Part shown: one piece after another, positions 1-9,285 of the stretch
Layout of the letters: every line of letters begins with the position of its first letter
Position numbering within the stretch: position 1 is the stretch's first letter
Source: Candidatus Saccharimonadota bacterium
GTDB taxonomy: Bacteria > Pseudomonadota > Gammaproteobacteria > Enterobacterales > Enterobacteriaceae
Assembly (NCBI GenBank): GCA_000217635.1
Contig: CP001817.1
Coordinates: 390,001-422,000, forward strand
Direction of reading: 5' to 3'
DNA: 32,000 nucleotides
Program-made: the position numbers and the translations under genes
Notes under the pieces: model-generated
The model's database searches: none
What the model was told of the DNA's origin: nothing
Seen by the model: only the letters and a program-made list of their open reading frames with translations

Positions 1-20
1 TATTCACCTGACCTTTCATA

Positions 21-563
21 TTATTTCTTTTTTGCCTCTTTAATTATTACTTTTTCATGAAAATAACGAATTCCTTTACCTTTATAGGGTTCTGGAACAC
101 GATATGCTCTTATATTAGCAGCAACCTGTCCTACTAATTGTTTATTTACACCGGTTAAAGAAAGTTCCGTATTAGATAACACATCTACCGTAATATATTT
201 TGGTAAATAATATATAATAGGATGCGAGAAACCGAGAAATAATTTTAATATGTTAGTATGCTCTAAAGTTACACGATAACCTACACCAAATAACTGTAAT
301 TTTTTAGTATACCCATTTGTAACTCCAAAAATCATATTTTGTAAAATTGAACGACATGTACCTGCTTGCATCCAACCATACGATTCTGATATATGATTAT
401 GAGTAACAAATAACATATTTTTTTTATAATTTATTTTAATACATTTATGTATACGATATTTTAATAATCCTAAATGACCTGTAATAGTAATTACAGGTAT
501 ATCGCTCAAAGATATTGAAATAGATTTAGGTATATTAATAGGTAATTTTGCGACTCGAGACAT
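21..563 (-). CDS. rplF: 50S ribosomal protein L6
   Basis: 180-aa ORF. MSRVAKLPI... at the N-terminus and ...RAYRVPEPYKGKGIRY...KEAKKK at the C-terminus align full length with E. coli L6. Lies downstream of rpsH as in the spc operon. Confidence 0.97.
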   Translation of the reverse strand: MSRVAKLPINIPKSISISLSDIPVITITGHLGLLKYRIHKCIKINYKKNMLFVTHNHISESYGWMQAGTCRSILQNMIFGVTNGYTKKLQLFGVGYRVTLEHTNILKLFLGFSHPIIYYLPKYITVDVLSNTELSLTGVNKQLVGQVAANIRAYRVPEPYKGKGIRYFHEKVIIKEAKKK

Positions 564-588
564 ACTTTAACTCTCCAAATAATTTATA

Positions 589-981
589 TTATTCCACATA
601 ACATATTATTTCTCCGCCTAAATTTTTTATACGTGCAACACGATCTGTTAAAATACCACATGATGTAGATATAATAGCAATACCTAAACCTTGCATAATA
701 AGCGGAAGATCTTTTTTTTTACAATATTGACGTAACCCTGGCCGACTAACTCGCGAAATATTTTCAATAACCGGTTTACCTTTAAAATATTTTAATACTA
801 TTTCTAAAACTTGATATGTCTTTTTATAAATATGATAATTTATAATATATCCTTCGCTTTTTAATACTTTAGTAATATTTTTTTTTAATTTAGAAAATGG
901 TATAGTAATAGAAATTTTATTTGCGCGTTGTCCATTACGAATACATGTAATCATATCTGATATTGGATCTTGAATACTCAT
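589..981 (-). CDS. rpsH: 30S ribosomal protein S8
   Basis: [18 protein letters not shown]... to ...[10 protein letters not shown] matches E. coli S8 (130 aa). The track ORF begins at an upstream TTG (1029). The ATG at 981 gives the orthologous length. Confidence 0.95.
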   Translation of the reverse strand: MSIQDPISDMITCIRNGQRANKISITIPFSKLKKNITKVLKSEGYIINYHIYKKTYQVLEIVLKYFKGKPVIENISRVSRPGLRQYCKKKDLPLIMQGLGIAIISTSCGILTDRVARIKNLGGEIICYVE

Positions 982-1029
982 AAATATATTTCTCACTTCT
1001 ATAAATAGAACAATATTTTTAAAAGACAA

Positions 1030-1335
1030 CTACCAACTAGCTTTTGTTAACCCTGGAATTTCTCCTCTCATTGCTGATTCTCTTACTTTCATACGACTTA
1101 AACCAAATTTACGGAGAAATGCATGAGGACGTCCAGTTTGTCGACAGCGATTTCGTTGTCTGGAAGGACTTGAATCTCTTGGTAAAGTCTGTAATTTTAA
1201 CATGGCATTCCAACGGTCTTTTTCTAAAATACTTTGATTACATATAATTTTTTTTAATTTACATCGTAGTACATAAAATTTTAAAGCTAATTTAATTCGT
1301 TTAACTTCACGCGCTTTCATTGATTGTTTAGCCAT
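1030..1335 (-). CDS. rpsN: 30S ribosomal protein S14
   Basis: 101 aa. [13 protein letters not shown]... to ...[12 protein letters not shown] is the canonical S14. Confidence 0.97.
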   Translation of the reverse strand: MAKQSMKAREVKRIKLALKFYVLRCKLKKIICNQSILEKDRWNAMLKLQTLPRDSSPSRQRNRCRQTGRPHAFLRKFGLSRMKVRESAMRGEIPGLTKASW

Positions 1336-1374
1336 CTTATCTTCTCTTATTATATATTATATAATTAATATCTT

Positions 1375-1923
1375 TTATTTTTTTCGAAAAGGAAAATTAA
1401 AAGCTGATAACAACGCCTGTCCTTCCATATCTGATTGTGCTTGTATAGTAATAGTAATGTCCATCCCTCTTATAGCATCAATTTTATCATAATTAATTTC
1501 AGGAAAAATGATCTGCTCACGTATACCTAAACTATAATTTCCCCGGCCATCAAATGAACGGACAGGCATGCCACGAAAATCCCGTATACGAGGAATAGCA
1601 ACAGTTATAAGTTTGTCAAAAAAATCCCATTTTCTATTGCCTCTCAAAGTTACTTTGCATCCAATAGGATATCCTTTACGAATTTTAAAAGTTGCAATAG
1701 ATTTTTTTGCTAACGTTACAATAGGTTTTTGACCAGAAATCAATTGCAAATCATTAATTGCATTATTTAACACCTTTTTATCAGAAATAGATTTTCCAAG
1801 ACCCATATTTAATGTTATTTTTTTAATTTGCGGAACCGCCATCACTGTTGTATAATGAAACCGTTTTAAAAGAATCGGAATCACGCTATTTATATAATAA
1901 GATTTTAACCGTGCTATCCTCAT
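1375..1923 (-). CDS. rplE: 50S ribosomal protein L5
   Basis: From the ATG at 1923, [10 protein letters not shown]...[14 protein letters not shown]... aligns with E. coli L5 position for position. The ORF extension up to 1974 overlaps the real C-terminal frame of rplX. Confidence 0.95.
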   Translation of the reverse strand: MRIARLKSYYINSVIPILLKRFHYTTVMAVPQIKKITLNMGLGKSISDKKVLNNAINDLQLISGQKPIVTLAKKSIATFKIRKGYPIGCKVTLRGNRKWDFFDKLITVAIPRIRDFRGMPVRSFDGRGNYSLGIREQIIFPEINYDKIDAIRGMDITITIQAQSDMEGQALLSAFNFPFRKK

Positions 1924-1942
1924 TATATCCAACTCCTCATTG

Positions 1943-2253
1943 TTAAATAACTTCATTGGTTGATTTAAATGCACGAACTTTCTTGTTATTTACCCAAATA
2001 AATTTTATTTTTCTTTTATTATTTTTTTATCAAAAATTGCTAAATTAGATAAATCAATAAATGCTTCTTTACTAATTATACCACTTTGTTTTTGTTTTGA
2101 AGGAACTGGTTTTTGATGTTTTTTTACCATATTAATTCCTTCCACAATAGCTTTATTAGATTTTGGACAAACCAGTTTTACTATTCCAGTTTTTCCTTTA
2201 TCTCGTCCAGTTAAAACAATAACATAATCATTTGAACGTATTTTGGCAGACAT
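1943..2253 (-). CDS. rplX: 50S ribosomal protein L24, reading frame broken at an A7 run (mRNA sense)
   Basis: The ORF 2005..2253 (82 aa) matches L24 residues 1-75 and then stops. The next frame from the run at 2022..2028 reads [26 protein letters not shown], matching the E. coli tail ...[15 protein letters not shown]. One extra A gives 103 aa, against 104 in E. coli. Confidence 0.85.
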
Positions 2254-2272
2254 ATTATTTTTACCTTAATAA

Positions 2273-2644
2273 TTATAATACCTCAGGAGCTAATGAAATA
2301 ATTTTCATAAATGATTCATTTCTTAATTCTCTAGTAACAGGCCCAAAAATACGAGTACCAATTGGCTGCCCTGTGGTGTCATTTAAAATAACACAAGCAT
2401 TTTTATCAAAACGAATAGTTGAACCATCAGTACGACAAATACCTTTTTTAGTACGAACTATAACCGCTTTCATAACATCACCTTTTTTTACTTTGCTTCG
2501 AGGGATTGCATCTTTAATTGCTACTTTAATAATATCCCCAATATTAGCATATCGACGTTTTGAACCACCTAAAACTTTAATGCACATAGCTAATTTTGCA
2601 CCAGAATTATCTGCAATATATAGTATTGTTTGTACTTGAATCAT
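2273..2644 (-). CDS. rplN: 50S ribosomal protein L14
   Basis: 123 aa. [17 protein letters not shown]... is the canonical L14 at full length. Confidence 0.97.
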   Translation of the reverse strand: MIQVQTILYIADNSGAKLAMCIKVLGGSKRRYANIGDIIKVAIKDAIPRSKVKKGDVMKAVIVRTKKGICRTDGSTIRFDKNACVILNDTTGQPIGTRIFGPVTRELRNESFMKIISLAPEVL

Positions 2645-2702
2645 ACTTAACCTTTTTTAAGAAATGTTTATATATATGTAAAATAAAAACCAATATATTG
2701 AA

Positions 2703-2735
2703 GACATGAAATGAATTTTCTTGATTATTCATGTC
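2703..2735 (-). terminator. Hairpin between rpsQ and rplN (possible S10-operon terminator or attenuator at the S10/spc junction)
   Basis: On the minus strand GACATGAA (17-nt loop) TTCATGTC forms an 8-bp stem about 20 nt after the rpsQ stop. It is followed by TTCAATATATTGGTTTTTATTTT. An alternative inner pairing ATGAA/TTCAT is possible. Confidence 0.3.
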
Positions 2736-2756
2736 TCCTTCATTTTACAAAGTACT

Positions 2757-3008
2757 TTAAAGTATCGATCGTTTTAATATACGAACTAAAATCCATGCTT
2801 TGGTTTTAGATCTAGGTCGGCACTCACAAATTTCTACTAAATCTCCAAGAGAACAGGAATTATTTTCATCATGTACATGTAGTTTTGTTTTTTTACTAAT
2901 AAATTTTTTATATATAGGATGTTTTATTCGACGATGTACCGTAACTACAATAGATTTCTGCATTTTATTACTTGTAATATACCCCTGTAAAATATTTTTT
3001 TTTTTCAT
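2757..3008 (-). CDS. rpsQ: 30S ribosomal protein S17
   Basis: 83 aa. ...[33 protein letters not shown]... matches S17. The start ATG overlaps the rpmC TGA (ATGA). Codons 2-5 lie in an A11 run. Confidence 0.96.
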   Translation of the reverse strand: MKKKNILQGYITSNKMQKSIVVTVHRRIKHPIYKKFISKKTKLHVHDENNSCSLGDLVEICECRPRSKTKAWILVRILKRSIL

Positions 3009-3196
3009 TTTATAATATTTTTCCGATATGTTATTATAGTTTTAATACGTGCAATATTACGTTTCACGCATTTAATTAAATGAACTTTTTTTAATTTTCC
3101 GGAAGATAATTGTAAACGTAAATTTAATTTTTCTTTTAATAATCCAATTAATAATTTATGTAATTCCAAAGTATCTTTTTGATTTATTTTTTTCAT
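3005..3196 (-). CDS. rpmC: 50S ribosomal protein L29
   Basis: 63 aa, the same length and position as E. coli L29, between rplP and rpsQ. Confidence 0.93.
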   Translation of the reverse strand: MKKINQKDTLELHKLLIGLLKEKLNLRLQLSSGKLKKVHLIKCVKRNIARIKTIITYRKNIIK

Positions 3197-3199
3197 ATA

Positions 3200-3610
3200 T
3201 TACATTACCGTTTTTAATATAAAAGCAGTTTTAATAGGTAATTTTGATGCCGCTAATTTAAATGCAACACGCGATTCTAATTCAGATATTCCATCTACTT
3301 CATATAAAATTTTACCAGGCTGAATTAATGCTACCCAGTATTCAACATTTCCTTTACCTTTTCCCATACGTACTTCTAATGGTTTTTGAGTAATAGGTTT
3401 ATCTGGAAAAATACGTATCCAAACTTTACCTTGACGTTTTATTGAACGTGTAATTGTACGTCGTGCTGCTTCAATTTGACGTGCAGTTAATCTTCCTCTA
3501 GCTATTGCTTGTAAACCAAAACGCCCAAAATGGATAGAATTTCCAATAGATAAACCACGATTTTTACCTTTATGCATTTTACGAAACTTTGTACGTTTAG
3601 GTTGTAACAT
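3200..3610 (-). CDS. rplP: 50S ribosomal protein L16
   Basis: 136 aa. [19 protein letters not shown]... is the canonical L16. Confidence 0.97.
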   Translation of the reverse strand: MLQPKRTKFRKMHKGKNRGLSIGNSIHFGRFGLQAIARGRLTARQIEAARRTITRSIKRQGKVWIRIFPDKPITQKPLEVRMGKGKGNVEYWVALIQPGKILYEVDGISELESRVAFKLAASKLPIKTAFILKTVM

Positions 3611-3625
3611 TTATTACTCCGAAAT

Positions 3626-4328
3626 TTATTTACGATACTTACGAGAAAATTTTTTCGTTAAAACAGCAGGTAAAATTTCTTTTTTTTGAATATTCCATTC
3701 CTCCTAAAATTTCACCCTTATAAATCCATACCTTTACCCCAATTATTCCATAAGTAGTATGTGCTTCAGATGTATTATATTCAATATCTGCTCTTAATGT
3801 ATGTAATGGCACTCGACCTTCACGATACCATTCTCTCCGTGCTATTTCTACCCCACCTAAACGTCCGCTAACTTCAACTTTAATTCCTTGAGCCCCTTGG
3901 CGCATTGCATTTTGTACGGAACGTTTCATTGCTCTACGAAACATAATTCGCCTTTCTAATTGCGATGCAATATTATTAGCTACTAATTTAGCATCTAATT
4001 CTGGTTTTCGTATTTCTGATATATTTATTTGCACTGGAACGTTTGCAATTTTAAAAATTTTTTCTCTTAATTTTTCTACATCTTCTCCTTTTCTCCCTAT
4101 TACAATACCAGGGCGCGCTGTATATATCGTAATCCTAATACTTTTAGATGGACGCTCAATAATAACTCTAGATATTGACGCTTTTATTAATGTTTTTTTT
4201 AAAAAAGAACGAACTTTAAAATCACTATCTAAATAATTTGGAAACTCTTTTTTACTTGCAAACCAAATAGAATCCCAGGATTTAATAATTCCTAATCTCA
4301 TCCCGGTTGGATGTACTTTTTGACCCAT
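3626..4328 (-). CDS. rpsC: 30S ribosomal protein S3, C-terminal tail out of frame after an A8 run (mRNA sense)
   Basis: [14 protein letters not shown]... is the canonical S3. The as-written ORF (3639..4328) ends ...[21 protein letters not shown]. With A7 instead of A8 at 3680..3687 the tail reads [25 protein letters not shown]. That is the same length as the E. coli tail [25 protein letters not shown] and gives 233 aa in total. Confidence 0.88.
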
Positions 4329-4330
4329 TA

Positions 4331-4681
4331 TTATTCTCCAGAACGTAAACTAATATCAGATAATATAATTGTAATATGACTCGTTCTTTTTAAAATTCTA
4401 TCAGCACGACCTTTTGCTCGCGGCATCATACGTTTCATAACTGGACCGCTATCTACAAAAATTTTAGATATGACTAAAATTTCTTTTTTCAAACCATAAT
4501 TATTAGTAGCATTTGCTATTGCAGACCGTAATACTTTTGAAACTAAATTTGCTGCTTTTTTATTAACTTTAGATAAAATTCTTTTCGCTAATAAAACACG
4601 TTTCCCTCTAACTAGATTTACAACTAATCTTATTTTTTGCGCAGAAGAACGCACCTGTTTATATTTAGCAAATATATCCAT
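4331..4681 (-). CDS. rplV: 50S ribosomal protein L22
   Basis: 116 aa. ...[17 protein letters not shown]... and ...[20 protein letters not shown]... match L22. Confidence 0.96.
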   Translation of the reverse strand: MDIFAKYKQVRSSAQKIRLVVNLVRGKRVLLAKRILSKVNKKAANLVSKVLRSAIANATNNYGLKKEILVISKIFVDSGPVMKRMMPRAKGRADRILKRTSHITIILSDISLRSGE

Positions 4682-4709
4682 TTATATTTACATCCTCTAA
4701 TATTTTACT

Positions 4710-4988
4710 TCAATGTTTTTTAATTTTTTTATCTGCAGTATGTCCTCGATACGTACGAGTAATTGAAAATTCTCCTAACTTATGCCCTACCATTTCTTCT
4801 GTAATAAAAACAGGAATATGTTGACGTCCATTATGTACGGATATTGTTAAACCAATCATATTCGGAAAAATAGTTGAACGTCTAGACCAAGTACGAATCG
4901 GCTTTTTGCTATCTTTTTTTAAAGATATATCAACCTTTTTAAATAAATGTGCATCTACAAAAGGACCTTTTTTAAGGGAACGCGGCAT
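4710..4988 (-). CDS. rpsS: 30S ribosomal protein S19
   Basis: 92 aa. [12 protein letters not shown]...[24 protein letters not shown] is the canonical S19. Confidence 0.97.
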   Translation of the reverse strand: MPRSLKKGPFVDAHLFKKVDISLKKDSKKPIRTWSRRSTIFPNMIGLTISVHNGRQHIPVFITEEMVGHKLGEFSITRTYRGHTADKKIKKH

Positions 4989-5002
4989 ATATCATTTTCC
5001 TA

Positions 5003-5823
5003 TTATTTAATTCGATGACGTATAATAAATTTTCAGTCCGTTTATTTTTTCTAGTTTTATAACCTTTAGTTTTCAAACCCCAAGGACTAACTGGGTGTTT
5101 ACCAAAATTTCTTCCTTCACCCCCCCCGTGCGGATGATCAACAGGATTCATAGCTGTCCCGCGCACCGTTGGACGAATACCGTATCGACGTGATGCCCCT
5201 GCTTTACCTAAAACACGCAACATGTGTTCAGAATTCCCTACTTCACCAATAGTTGCTCGACAGTTTACATGAACTTTTCGTAGTTCTCCGGACCGTAAAC
5301 GCAACGTTGCATATTTCTCATCTCGAGATAAAAGTTGTGCATAACTACCAGCAGAACGAGCAATCTGACCTCCTTTCCCTAATTTCATTTCAATATTATG
5401 AATAATTGTACCAACAGGAATATTTTTTAAAGGTAATGCATTTCCTAAACTTACCATAACTGTAGGTCCAGATTCTATAACATCACCTTTCTGAATGCCT
5501 TTAGGTTCTAAAATATAATGTCTACTACCATCTTGATATAGCAATAAAACAATATTCGCAGATCGATTTGGATCATACTCTATATTTTTTACTATTGCAC
5601 TAATTCCATCTTTATTTCTTTTAAAATCGAGAATCCGATATAATTTTTTATGTCCTCCTCCGATATGACGAGTAGTAATACGTCCATAATTATTACGACC
5701 CCCTGTCCTTTTTTTCTTTTGTAATAATGGCCCATAAGGTTTCCCTTTATATAAATGTTTAGATACAACTTTAACAACATGACGTCTTCCAGGAGAAGTG
5801 GGTTTACACCTTATAATTACCAT
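5003..5823 (-). CDS. rplB: 50S ribosomal protein L2, last 11 codons shifted at a short A4T3 run
   Basis: [20 protein letters not shown]... is the canonical L2. The as-written ORF (4972..5823, 283 aa) ends ...[25 protein letters not shown], running 17 nt into rpsS. With one extra nt at 5027..5033 it ends ...KNKRTE(K/N)FIIRHRIK*, against E. coli ...SNKRTDKFIVRRRSK*, giving 273 aa as in E. coli. Confidence 0.88.
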
Positions 5824-5836
5824 AAATACTCCTATA

Positions 5837-6139
5837 TTATGAATTTTTATTATTTAAAAAATTTAAATTTTGTCCTGATTTTAAAATAATATACGCTTTT
5901 TTCCAATTATTACTTTTTACTATTTTATTTTTTTTACGTTTTTTTCCTTTTATTACTAAAATATTTACTTTTTTAACATATACCTGAAATAATTTTTCAA
6001 TTGCAATTTTTATTTCAAATTTTGTAGCGTCTTTTAATACTTTTAAAATTACAGTATTATTTTTTTGCATATTAATTGAAGTTTTTTCTGATATATGCGG
6101 TGATAATAATAAATTTAATAATCGTTCTTCAGAAATCAT
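5837..6139 (-). CDS. rplW: 50S ribosomal protein L23
   Basis: 100 aa at the position of L23. Its start overlaps the rplD stop (ATGA). Confidence 0.93.
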   Translation of the reverse strand: MISEERLLNLLLSPHISEKTSINMQKNNTVILKVLKDATKFEIKIAIEKLFQVYVKKVNILVIKGKKRKKNKIVKSNNWKKAYIILKSGQNLNFLNNKNS

Positions 6140-6741
6140 ATAAATACTTCCTCAATATTTTTAATAGCTTTAATAGTAACTACTATATTTTGATAAGTAA
6201 TTAATTTTATAGGATTGATTTGAGAGATATTTATAACATCTATGTAATATAAATTTTTTGCAGCAAGGGATAAATTTTTATTAATATAATGCGTAATAAT
6301 TAATGCATTATTAATTTTAAAAATATTTAATTGATTTAATAAACTTTTTGTTTTTGGAGAATCTATATTAAATTTATTGAAAATTAATACACGATTTTGT
6401 CGAATTAATTCAGAAAAAATACTTTTTATTGCACCTTGATACATTTTTTTGTTTATTTTTTGTTTATAATTTTTTGGTTTAGCGGCAAAAGTTACCCCTC
6501 CTGACCTCCAAATAGGACTCCTTAAAGATCCTGCTCGTGCTCGACCAGTGCCTTTTTGTCGCCATGGTTTTTTTCCAGATCCAGATACTTCCGATCTACT
6601 TTTTTGAGATTTACTACCTTTTCGCCGACTAGATAAATACGAAGTGACTACTTGATGAATTAAGGGTTCATTTAAAGATTTTCCAAAAACAATGTCAGAT
6701 AACGTCAACATTTCTTCTGAATCTTGAATTTCTATTTCCAT
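6136..6741 (-). CDS. rplD: 50S ribosomal protein L4
   Basis: From the ATG at 6741 the product is 201 aa, as in E. coli. ...[34 protein letters not shown]... matches L4. AGGAGT lies 7 nt upstream. The track ORF extends to 6801. Confidence 0.95.
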   Translation of the reverse strand: MEIEIQDSEEMLTLSDIVFGKSLNEPLIHQVVTSYLSSRRKGSKSQKSRSEVSGSGKKPWRQKGTGRARAGSLRSPIWRSGGVTFAAKPKNYKQKINKKMYQGAIKSIFSELIRQNRVLIFNKFNIDSPKTKSLLNQLNIFKINNALIITHYINKNLSLAAKNLYYIDVINISQINPIKLITYQNIVVTIKAIKNIEEVFI

Positions 6742-6754
6742 ATTTTTATCACTC

Positions 6755-7390
6755 CTAGTGTGTCTTTTTAACAGACGGTTTAATAATAATATTATTTCCA
6801 TTAAATCCAGGAATCGCTCCTTTGATTAAAAGCAAATTTTTTGAAATATCTATTTTAATAATTTTTAAATTTTGAATAGTAACACGTGTATTACCTAAAT
6901 GCCCAGACATTTTTTTCCCTTTAAAAACACGACCAGGAGTTTGATTTTGACCAATTGATCCAGGCGCTCTATGAGATAATGAATTTCCATGAGTAGCATC
7001 TTGCATACAAAAATTCCATCTTTTTACTGTACCTGAAAACCCTTTCCCTTTAGAAATTCCAGTTATATCTACCATTTTAACTTTAGATAATAAATTTAAT
7101 GTAATTTCGTATTTTAATTTATACTGATTAATATCATTAGTACGAAATTCCCATAAACCACGTCCTACATTAACCCCTGATTTTAAAAAATGTCCTGTTT
7201 CTGGTTTTAAAATATGACTGTTTTTTTTTATTCCCGTAGTTACTTGAATTGCATTATAAGAATCAGTACGTAATGATTTAATTTGTGTTATAGTATTTTT
7301 TAAAACTTCAATTACAGATATAGGTACTGAAATACCGTCATCTAAAAAGATACGAGACATACCTATTTTTTTACCAATTAAACCTATCAT
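6755..7390 (-). CDS. rplC: 50S ribosomal protein L3
   Basis: 211 aa. [15 protein letters not shown]... and ...[32 protein letters not shown] are the canonical L3. Confidence 0.97.
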   Translation of the reverse strand: MIGLIGKKIGMSRIFLDDGISVPISVIEVLKNTITQIKSLRTDSYNAIQVTTGIKKNSHILKPETGHFLKSGVNVGRGLWEFRTNDINQYKLKYEITLNLLSKVKMVDITGISKGKGFSGTVKRWNFCMQDATHGNSLSHRAPGSIGQNQTPGRVFKGKKMSGHLGNTRVTIQNLKIIKIDISKNLLLIKGAIPGFNGNNIIIKPSVKKTH

Positions 7391-7440
7391 ATCATGTATA
7401 CCTTTATGATTGAATAATATATAAAAATTAATAACTATTA

Positions 7441-7755
<315 letters not shown>

Positions 7756-7942
7756 TTATAATACTCCTTTAATAAAAAGAAAAAATTCAATTTTCTTATT
7801 ATTTCAATTTAAGTGCTCACCTAAAATTATATAAATATTTGTCATATCAATATTTTTATAAAATATACTTTTAAAAAATTATAAAATTCATTAAAAAAGT
7901 ATATTGTTTATTTTAATTATTCCTAATAAATTATATTTTATA

Positions 7943-7972
7943 ATATTACGTAAAAAATATTTTTATTGTCAA
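7943..7972 (-). promoter_or_regulatory. Candidate sigma70 promoter of the S10 operon
   Basis: The minus strand reads TTGACA (7972..7967), an 18-nt spacer, then TAATAT (7948..7943). This predicts a leader of roughly 180 nt before rpsJ, similar to the long E. coli S10 leader. Confidence 0.4.
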
Positions 7973-8004
7973 GATAAGAGTTTTATTAACTCTAACCTTG
8001 ACAG
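7966..8004 (-). terminator. Imperfect hairpin just downstream of tufA
   Basis: The arm 7966..7980 pairs with 7990..8004 (13 of 15 positions, several of them G:C) around a 9-nt loop, 44 nt after the tufA stop. A U-rich stretch follows about 9 nt later. One arm contains the TTGACA of the putative S10 promoter. Confidence 0.35.
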
Positions 8005-8047
8005 ATTCATCATATATTACTAAAGAAGAAAATTCAAAATAGTATTA

Positions 8048-9232
8048 TTATTCAAGTACTTTTACAACAACACCTGCACCTACAGTACGTCCACCTTCTC
8101 TAATTGCAAAACGCAATCCATCTGCCATAGCAATAGGATGTATTAATGTAACAATCATTTTAATATTATCACCGGGCATAACCATTTCTACATTTTCAGG
8201 TAATTCAATAAATCCCGTTACATCGGTAGTACGAAAATAAAATTGCGGTCTATATCCTTTAAAAAACGGTGTATGTCGACCCCCTTCTTCTTTCGATAAA
8301 ATATATACTTCTGATTCAAATTTTATATGAGGATGAATAGTTCCCGGTTTAGCTAATACCTGTCCTCTTTCTATCTCTTCTCGTTTAGTTCCACGTAATA
8401 AAATTCCTACATTTTCTCCTGCCCGCCCTTCATCTAACAATTTTCGAAACATTTCAACACCAGTACAAATTGTTTTCGTAGTTGCTCTAATACCTACAAT
8501 TTCAACTTCTTCACCAACCTTTAAAATACCACGTTCTACACGACCAGTTACAACTGTCCCGCGACCAGAAATAGAAAATACATCTTCAATTGGTAATAAA
8601 AATGGTGCATCAATAGTGCGAATAGGTACAGGAATATAAGTATCTAAAGCAGAAGCAAGTTCTAAAATTTTATCTTCCCAAATTTTTTCACCCTCTAATG
8701 CTTTTAAAGCTGAACCCCTAATTATTGGTATATCATCACCTGGAAAATCATATTGAGTTAACAAATCTCGAACTTCCATTTCAACCAATTCTAATAACTC
8801 TTCATCATCTACCATGTCACATTTATTTAAAAAAACAATAATATGTGGAACGCCTACTTGTCTTCCTAATAGAATATGTTCTCTTGTTTGTGGCATAGGA
8901 CCATCAGTTGCAGCAACTACTAAAATTGCCCCGTCCATTTGAGCCGCTCCGGTAATCATATTTTTTATATAATCTGCATGACCTGGGCAATCTACATGAG
9001 CATAATGCCTTTCAGATGTATCATATTCCACATGGGAAGTATTAATTGTTATTCCTCTCGCTTTTTCTTCAGGAGCATTATCAATTTGTTCAAATGCACA
9101 CGCATGCCCACCAAATTTTTTCGATAATACCGTAGTAATTGCCGATGTTAATGTTGTTTTCCCGTGATCTACATGACCAATAGTTCCTACATTAATATGC
9201 GGTTTAGAACGAGTAAATTTTTTTTTAGACAT
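8048..9232 (-). CDS. tuf: Elongation factor Tu
   Basis: From [28 protein letters not shown]... the product is 394 aa and matches EF-Tu at full length. The track ORF starts 2 codons upstream at a TTG. Confidence 0.98.
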   Translation of the reverse strand: MSKKKFTRSKPHINVGTIGHVDHGKTTLTSAITTVLSKKFGGHACAFEQIDNAPEEKARGITINTSHVEYDTSERHYAHVDCPGHADYIKNMITGAAQMDGAILVVAATDGPMPQTREHILLGRQVGVPHIIVFLNKCDMVDDEELLELVEMEVRDLLTQYDFPGDDIPIIRGSALKALEGEKIWEDKILELASALDTYIPVPIRTIDAPFLLPIEDVFSISGRGTVVTGRVERGILKVGEEVEIVGIRATTKTICTGVEMFRKLLDEGRAGENVGILLRGTKREEIERGQVLAKPGTIHPHIKFESEVYILSKEEGGRHTPFFKGYRPQFYFRTTDVTGFIELPENVEMVMPGDNIKMIVTLIHPIAMADGLRFAIREGGRTVGAGVVVKVLE

Positions 9233-9285
9233 CAACAAATTTCCTTCTTTACATTAAATATATTTAAAATATATTAAAATAAAAA

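Noticed and set aside
982-1029. 5' extensions of track ORFs beyond the orthologous start: rpsH to 1029, rplE to 1974, rplD to 6801, tuf to 9238, tusB to 12764 and trmB to 24478.
   Set aside because: The extensions start at TTG or other upstream codons and add residues absent from E. coli orthologues. They overlap the upstream gene or, for trmB, the divergent mutY start. Internal ATGs give orthologous lengths, several with an SD.
1044-1247. A 67-aa ORF on the plus strand, antisense to rpsN.
   Set aside because: It is a shadow ORF inside a strongly supported ribosomal protein gene. It has low-complexity composition and no recognisable similarity. The same reasoning applies to 2232..2639 (anti-rplN), 2800..3015 (anti-rpsQ), 8939..9127 (anti-tuf), 10580..10807 (anti-fusA), 15201..15422 (anti-rpe), 19805..20029 (anti-ssb) and 23104..23313 (anti-ruvX).
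2607-2732. A 41-codon ORF starting GGAGACATG in the rpsQ-rplN spacer and running out of frame into rplN.
   Set aside because: The SD-like GGAG is only 2 nt from the ATG, which is too close. The ORF overlaps rplN out of frame, and the GGAGACATGAA sequence is better explained as one arm of the hairpin.
5592-5780. A 62-aa same-strand ORF in an alternative frame inside rplB.
   Set aside because: It lies fully inside the conserved L2 coding frame, has no SD or similarity, and this part of L2 shows no frame problem.
7862-7905. An 11-bp perfect A/T inverted repeat (AATATACTTTT / AAAAGTATATT, 22-nt loop) in the putative S10 leader, considered as an L4-responsive structure.
   Set aside because: A rough composition-based estimate gives on the order of ten such A/T stems by chance in a window of this size and AT content. 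There is no further support from the sequence alone.
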